This document shows, in pieces, positions 40,801 to 64,000 of a stretch of DNA of 64,000 nt (position 1 is the stretch's first letter; each line of letters begins with the position of its first letter). The DNA is from Podarcis muralis (lineage: Eukaryota). The stretch spans positions 49,476,001-49,540,000 of the forward strand of contig NC_135659.1 of assembly GCF_964188315.1 (NCBI RefSeq), in the 5' to 3' direction. Below the pieces are notes generated by a model. It was not told the DNA's origin. It searched no databases and saw nothing but the letters and a program-made list of their open reading frames with translations. The translations under genes were made by a program, and so were the position numbers.

Positions 40801-43800
40801 TTGGAGGAAGAAGTTCATTGAAACTTTCTTCTCAAATGTGCTCCGTGGCATCCTGGATGTGTCTTTACACCAGCGCCTAAGTGACCCTTCCTTTTTGCCC
40901 CTGCTGCACACTTCGCGGCATGTTACCCAGCTTACCATCTACAACATGCTTGAGGGAGTGTCAGAGCTGATGGCCAAACACAATCAGAGCGTCCTAGAAA
41001 ACTTGGCTGTCTCCCTCACATCCCTGACATTCCGTCACCTCCTCTCCTCCAGTCTGTCTACTAGGCAACAGTTGAGTTCATTCCTTCATCGCCTAATTCA
41101 TCATGGGGCTGTGAACCACCTCTCTATGTATTCTTGGCCTGACCCTGACCCAGCACTTTTAGCCCTCATTCTGAAAATGAGTGCTGGGGTTTGGCACCCT
41201 GGAAAAACACTCCTGGACCAAGAAAACCTTTGCCATCTGTGCAGAGAGAAATGTGTTGACCAGAGCCAAAAGCTAGATGAAGAGCATTGGGGTTCAAGGC
41301 AGCTATTTCAGAGTTCAGTCAGTGGCCAGCATAATAATAGTGATCTGAGGAATGAGAAACTGTTACCTAGTGTGCCTCAAGAATCTCTTCTGGGCTTTCA
41401 AAATGCAGTAGAATTGGCCAGAACTAGCAGCGAAACTCTAAAAGCCCCGGTGGGATGCAGATTGGGTTGCAATTCTAGGCAAAGCAAAATGCAGCAGAGC
41501 TCATGTTCAGAAAGTTACAGTGCTGAAGAGGGATCTGTCACTTTTATCCCAGCAAAGACATTTCAAGATGTCCCTACTTTGGAAAAATATCAAAAGAGGC
41601 GTAAAGCTGTAACAGCAAAAAAGCGCACCTGCCATCAGAGGAGCAGCAAAGTCCCCGCAGAGTCAGAAGACCTTTACGACTTTGTCTTTGCGATTGCGAG
41701 GGAAGAGGAGGAGAATACACCGTGTAGCAAAAGAAGGAATGCCAAGGAGGAAGAAAGCCTTGCTAGCTGTTCCCGTCTCTCAGAAGAGGCTGCCAGTAGT
41801 TCTGGTACGGTTTGCACAGAGGGAACCCGATCTGCTGGGATGCCTTCTCTGAAAACAACGGGTCATTTCCGAAGTGTGTCCACACTGGAAGTGTTCTCCA
41901 TCTCTCTGACCAGGAATACGTGCCAGATGCTGGGGAACCTGCTGAGCTCTTGGGTGTCTTTAGAAAAACTTGTTCTGTCTTTGAATGGTGAGTGAGAAAC
42001 CAAACATTTGTCTTCGGGTGTATTTAGCAAAGCAGAGGCAGCTTTCTTTCTTTCTTTTGAGAGCCACATTGACCCACAGTTCAGGGTGTATCAAAATGAA
42101 TTGTAAGCCAAGTGTTAAGGGGGGCATGGCGACAACTTCATTTCTCAGGGCTCCTTTCCTAAAGACTTCCCCATCAGTTTTTCTATCCTGTTTTAAATAG
42201 TTTTGTATCATTCATTATTAAATTCAGATAATCATCATCATCATCATCATTTTATTTATTCATTTCTTTAAAATTATGCACCACTTGGGTTGTAGAAAGA
42301 AAACCTCAAAGCAGTTTACAAAATTTAATGGGCAGATATGGGTGAGACCTTGTAGGGGTGCAAAAAACCTTTTGGGATCAAATATCATAGTGGGGTACCT
42401 ACAGGAGTAATCAATAAAAAGCTTTCATTTTCTTAAAAAAACCAAAACCCTATTATTATTTTTGAAAAACTTTCTAAAAATAGAAAATGGGAAGCTTGAG
42501 AAACACAAAAACCCTTTTTACTTCATGGCATCATAGCAGGGGACTCACTGGAGTAGTCAATAGTCCATTCTTTTAATGACAACTTTGGGAGTTGGGGGCT
42601 TAAGGACCACAAAAACCTTCAGGGGGTGATATGTGATGTAATAATCTTGCTGTGTGTTTTCACCACCTATTCCTGCCTCTTAAAATGTGTTTTCCAGGCC
42701 TGGGCCCCGGCATCTTCAGTATCCTCTCTGGGCTCCGGGCCCTGTCTCGCCACAGCGATTACCGCCTCCGTGTGGTGCGCATCAGTGACATGTTCTCGCA
42801 TGTCCCCTGCATGAATCTTGTTCATGCTTTCCTGAGTGCCGTGCCGTTACTTCAAACCCTCTTGGTCAGCTTTGATCTCAAAACCGCAACAGAGCGAGGC
42901 AGGCCGGAAGAGAGCTGGGACTCGTCACCCTTTGAAGAAGAGATTCCAGGTAATGCACTGACCAGTTCCGGACAAACGTTTCATCATTCACTTTCCTTTC
43001 CTGCATATGTGAGATCATTTAATTTTTCATTTATGCACTGCAGTGGCTGCCTAGTCACTTCAAATTTGCAGCGCTTTTTAAGGAGGCTCCTGCCCTCTCA
43101 AAGAGCAGCAAAGCATTTCATTTTTGTACTTTCTGCACAGTCGATGCAGTGCATGCAAACAGCTCCTGACTGTTTTGGTACAACTGCTGAGATAGAACAC
43201 CTTGGCCTGCTAGAGGAAGTGAGTGACATTAGTGATGCAGCCTGATTTGGAATCTGATTCTAAGTCTTCTTACCTAGGTTCATTTCAAATCCCATCAGTC
43301 CCAGCCAGCATGGCCAATGGTCAGATATAATGTTGATGTAGTCCAACAGCATGTGGACAGGTTCCTCATCACTGCTTCAAACCATGGTGTGGTGGCTCAG
43401 GAAAAAGCCAGCTTGCGTTCTCCCTCTTCCCCTCACTTTATGTGCCTTAATTCATTACTTCCTACTTTAATCAAACCATATTATTATTATTGTTGTTGTT
43501 GTCCGTCCCCCCGATCTAGAGAGCCATTTGGAACACCTTGAAATCCGATTCCCTAGAGAGCCTCTTCAGACAAGTCTCCTGGTGCCTGTGTTGAAGGCCT
43601 CAAGGTCTCTCCAGAGCCTCTCTCTAGACAGCGTTGCAATTTCCTGTCCTCAAGAAGTTGGGCTTCTCCTACAGGCACTCAAAGGTATGACGGAAGCAAT
43701 TTTGCCCTTTCCACAGCTGCTCAGAAATGGTAGCAATTTGCCAAGAGATAATAACATCTTTGGCCCTCAGTCAGCGAAGCATACAAGATTATTGTGTGAA

Positions 43801-46540
43801 CTGCAGGCAGAGCTAAACTAGTCTAAAACATTCTTTTCAAGATCTTCAACATACATTCTACTGAACAGGAAAACCGTAAGCAGCAGGGGGCTCCATTTTT
43901 CTCTCTCTTAAGATCCTGTTTCTCTTGCAGAGTACAGCCCTAGCCTGAAGAAGCTAAGCTTTCATGATGTCAACCTTTCTGGCCACTCAAAAGAAGTCCT
44001 CCTCCTGCTACAGGATCCCGTTCTTCAAGGTACATTAAATGCACTTGCCTTCTCCAAACTGGTATTGGCTCTTATCAGCGACCACCGTTGCAGGCAGTTA
44101 AGAAGGAGATTTCTGCAGAGGCCTGTAAGTTTTGTGGTCATCCTGTTTCAAAAACTGTGTCGTTTCAATGTAATAGTTTTGTGAAGAGCTGGATTTTGCC
44201 TCATACAGTGGTACCTCGGGTTAAGAACTTAATTCGTTATGGAGGTCCGTTCTTAACCTGAAACTGTTCTTAACCTGAAGCACCACTTTAGCTAATGGGG
44301 CTTCCCGCTGCTGCGCGATTTCTGTTCTCACCCTGAAGCAAAGTTCTTAACCCGAGGTACTATTTCTGGGTTAGCGGAGTCTGTAACCTGAAGCGTCTGT
44401 AACCCAAGGTACCACTGTACTCCATATAGCTCTGGAGTTCTACCTGATGGAGGGTGAGTGGTGTCAGAAAAAGAAAGCTAGCACATTGTGACGGAAAAGT
44501 TACTTCACACCTAAAGAGGTGTATTCAAAAGGGGTGTAAAGCTTAGAGAAAAAGGAAAAGGGTGCTTATATACACTGTCCATTAGTATATCCTTAAGTCT
44601 CCTTACTGGATTATTACTGTGCTTTCACTCTGTGGTGCTGCCTTCATTGGGCTATGCATGCAGTGAATCCAATTTCAAACCATAGACAGGAGGAACATCT
44701 TCATTTTTCTCTTGCAATAGAAATCACCTTTTCATTCTGTCGGCTGTTTGAAAACTGCACTGCTGAGCTCCTGTCCGAAATAATAAACGCCGTGAAGAAG
44801 AACTCAACACTGAAGAGCCTCAGACTCCCTGGAAATAGGCTGGGTATGTACAGCAACTATCCTAGAATACTTCCTCCACCTTTCTGGGGAGGGATGCTAT
44901 GCTATCAAGAACGTTGGTACTTTTGTCCCTCGTCCTTCAAGCCCAACTGGCATAGGCTGAGGACTTCAGGCACAACTATTTTTTGACACATGTAGCCTCT
45001 TGCTTACCAAAATTCAGGCCACACTAAGTCGGTAAAAGTTGCCCAGGGCACTCTTTGTCCTTTTTCTGTTCACCTGTCCAACTAGCCACCCTTTCTAACT
45101 TGGTTTCTGAATGCTAAATCCTTCAATATGTGGGGGCTTTTATGTTTCGTGCTTAAATCATTGTCTAGTTTCAGAATGATCTGAAACAGAATTGGTGCTG
45201 AATTATGTCTGCTGTAAGGTTAGTCTACACATGCAGCAGAAATAAGTGGAAGAACTCAGTGGTGTAAACAGCTGCTTAACTGGCACAGAAGGAGTCATAC
45301 TTCATGAGAAGTATTAGACTCACTACTGCACCCTTTCAGGGCACTACAGAAGGCTAATGGAAAGCCACACTTTACTGGCCTTAATCATTTGAAAGAGAGG
45401 ATTAAGAATAGACTAACTTGCACTGAGACTTTGTGAATGACTGCCAAAGGTAAGTACGTGTTCTCATGTTGCATGAGATTAAGCATTCAGTGCTTAGGTA
45501 GCTATGTAAGGAATATAAGCCACTGCCAGAATATCGAATCCAACTTCATTCTTCAATGAGTGGTAGAATGGGTTGCACCACTTCAGATTGCACATAGGAG
45601 CCTCATTTTAAAACCTGCATGGCAAGAAACAAGCTGGGTCAGAACTTTAATCTCCAATGTGATGGTGCATTTTATTAGCATGTTTCTATAGCAGAATATT
45701 AAAAATTGTATGTCCCTAACCTCCTGCCTGAAGGGATGCAGCCTACTATGGCATTGTGCTGCATGAGTAGACTAGGCCTGATTGCTGCTGCTTCACCATT
45801 TACCACTTGCAATTATGTGCTTTATATATTCCCTAACATTCATAGTTGGTTTTCTTCCACCCCTCATTATTAGGAAATCACAGGCTTGTTGCATTGGCTG
45901 ACATTTTTTCTGAAGATTCATCATCTTCCATCTGTCATCTGGATTTAAGGTAGGTTCTTCCTCTGAACACACAGTGCTATTGGGGAGGGGGCATGGGGGA
46001 AAGAGTGGTATGTCTGTACTAGGATCCAATGCTCAATTGTATTTTCATTCATTCACCAATTACTTTTAAAGAAAGGTGTCAATTTCCAAGAAAAATGACT
46101 CTTCCTAGTATACTTTTCTGAAGCTGATGCTGGGAAGTATTTATACTTGAGCACTCGAACAATTTAATTGTTTAATGTCTGATTCATAGTAATATGAAAC
46201 CGAGTGTTTTCTGAGTGTAGTTACTGTGATGGGGGAAGAACCATTATTCTATACAAATGTCATCTGCAAACAGCAATGGACTAGTCTAACCCTATTTTCC
46301 TACAGCTCTAACTGTATCAAACCTGCTGGACTCCTGGAGTTTGCCAAGAAGCTGGAGAATTACATAGCCCAACGTGGAGAACAAATCAAATTCACCAAGC
46401 TGTGCCTCTATCAGAACTGGCTGGACCAAGATACTGTAACTGCTCAAGAGGCTCTTTGGCGGCTAAAAGCTATGTGCAGCATAGTCAGTGACACGTGGGA
46501 TTCATCTCAGGCCTTGGCTGACTATATCAGTGTGATGTGA
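37633..46540 (+). CDS. LRRC41: Leucine-rich repeat-containing protein 41 (MUF1), 10 exons, 805 aa
   Basis: Exons: 37633-37744, 37947-38033, 39625-39695, 40790-41987, 42698-42949, 43520-43684, 43931-44029, 44721-44843, 45874-45949, 46306-46540 (2418 nt, phases consistent). Recognisable segments: [63 protein letters not shown]-terminal [14 protein letters not shown]. Confidence 0.94.
38755..38864 (+). repeat. 53-bp gap-free inverted repeat (hairpin) with a 4-nt loop in LRRC41 intron 2
   Basis: Arms 38755-38807 and 38812-38864 pair base for base: 49 Watson-Crick pairs and 4 G-T pairs; loop CAGA. Confidence 0.95.
39865..39935. mobile_element. hAT MITE terminal fragment
   Basis: CAGGGGTGGGGAACCTTTTCAGTCCAAGGACCACATT...GGGGCCAC; the other end was not found. 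Confidence 0.55.
44206..44417. mobile_element. Tc1/mariner (Tigger-like) MITE, major family
   Basis: TIRs CAGTGGTACCT / AGGTACCACTG with TA TSDs. Confidence 0.9.
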
Positions 46541-46551
46541 ACTTATCTTCT

Positions 46552-46557
46552 AATAAA
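46552..46557 (+). terminator. Proximal AATAAA after the LRRC41 stop (further signals at 47086 and 47339)
   Basis: Canonical hexamer 11 nt after the TGA. Confidence 0.4.
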
Positions 46558-47707
46558 GCTGCCTAATCAATTTACCAGGATTAAGTTTTCCTGTTTTTTC
46601 TAGGCAGGCGCAACCGTAACTGGGCTTACTTGAGTACGAACACACATTTTTATAGTCAGTGTCAGCTAGGGAACTGGACCTAATGGTCAGGGGTACCTTT
46701 ACCTTTTTAAACTTTTGAACTCAGCACTTCTGAGGAGACATGAACAGGATTGCAGTGTTTTGACTTCCCCTGAACCTCAAAGGTCAAGGTTTCAGCCATG
46801 GCTAGGTATGCAAAGGAAGACTGAACACTTCCATTTATAACAATCACCCCTAAAATTACTGTTACATAAGCTTCATAGGATGAGATGCTGACTGGTTTAA
46901 GAGGTTGAGAGGTGAAGTCCCAACAGCTCACTCATATGAATGTTAGAAGTCTTCCCACCAAGTTAAGCCCCACATTGCTGTACGAAGTATTGCAGTCTAC
47001 ATTTTATTTTACTCTATAAAAACAGGACAGCGATAACTGGCACATATGTTATCACTATCTTTTAAAGTCAATGCTGTGGAGAGTCAATAAATAAGCTTAA
47101 GGAGTTAAGATACAGAAATATTTTGTCCCGGTACTCGTAAACTCAATTTTCTTTAAGTGAATCTTCTGCCTGGAGAGCTAAGGTATCAACCATCTGAGGT
47201 TCAAGTGGAAAAACAGACTTCTTTCTTCCATCTGCTTTGATTCTGAGGTTTCCAGATTCTATTTACACTAGGCCTTACCTCATTATCAGAATTAAAACAG
47301 ATCTTTGATTACTATTTAACAGCAAGAAATTCAGTTTCAATAAATTGTATGCATATCCATTGTTCACTGTTATTCTTGAAAAATTAACTTTGTAGGCATG
47401 TCTTTAAATTTTTCACAACAAGTAACATAGTCCAAAGAGTGATAAAGTAGCATGGGACCAATTTCATGATCAGAAGTGAACAGTTTTCTGTCGCGGTCTT
47501 CCCATACATGCCAGGTTTCATAAACATAATTACACTAATGCTCTATGACCAACTGATTTGGCCTACCACTTTTGTAAAGGTAGCCTTGAAACACCAAAGA
47601 AGATAAAGTTCTTCAACGGCATTAATGGGAGAAAAAGTGTAATCTTAAATGGGGTCGATCAGGATAACAAATAGCCTGAGTTTCAGAAAGTCAGTCCAAA
47701 CCAACGG

Positions 47708-63799
<16,092 letters not shown>

Positions 63800-64000
63800 C
63801 TAGAAAAGATGAGAAATATTGCATTAGGATTGGAGAACCCAGATGTACATACCACAGTCATACTGCCTAAAACCATCCAGTTAGATTATTTGTGCATCTG
63901 AGCATTTCGTTTTTTAAAAATTGTTTTTCAATGAAGTGATGTTCACCATCAGTGCCACAAACCTTGTCAAACGCAAAAAACAAAATGCAAGCATGCTTGG

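Overview
Vertebrate (squamate, probably lacertid lizard) genomic DNA. The taxon call rests on a Sauria SINE and abundant hAT and Tc1/mariner MITEs. I traced five spliced genes exon by exon, with splice sites and reading-frame phases checked by hand. In order: FAAH (minus, 15 exons, 573 aa), NSUN4 (minus, 6 exons, 415 aa), UQCRH (minus, 4 exons, 90 aa), LRRC41 (plus, 10 exons, 805 aa) and RAD54L (minus, 16 exons in the window, 5' end beyond it). This matches the RAD54L-LRRC41-UQCRH-NSUN4-FAAH order I recall for human 1p33-34. At the left edge is the first exon of a second, tandem FAAH/VDHAP-like amidase with its own compact TATA/GATA/Sp1/DR1 promoter. I found no wholly new biological system. 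The most notable observations are: (1) the tandem amidase paralog, which sits where human has the FAAHP1/FAAH-OUT pseudogene; (2) a 53-bp gap-free hairpin in LRRC41 intron 2 whose four non-Watson-Crick pairs are all G-U on the sense strand; (3) five in-frame upstream ATGs/YY1 sites ahead of LRRC41; (4) a CpG-rich hAT element nested in an L1 upstream of FAAH; (5) a Tigger1-like fragment; (6) a GC-AG intron in RAD54L. Homology calls come from my recollection of the families, not from database searches.
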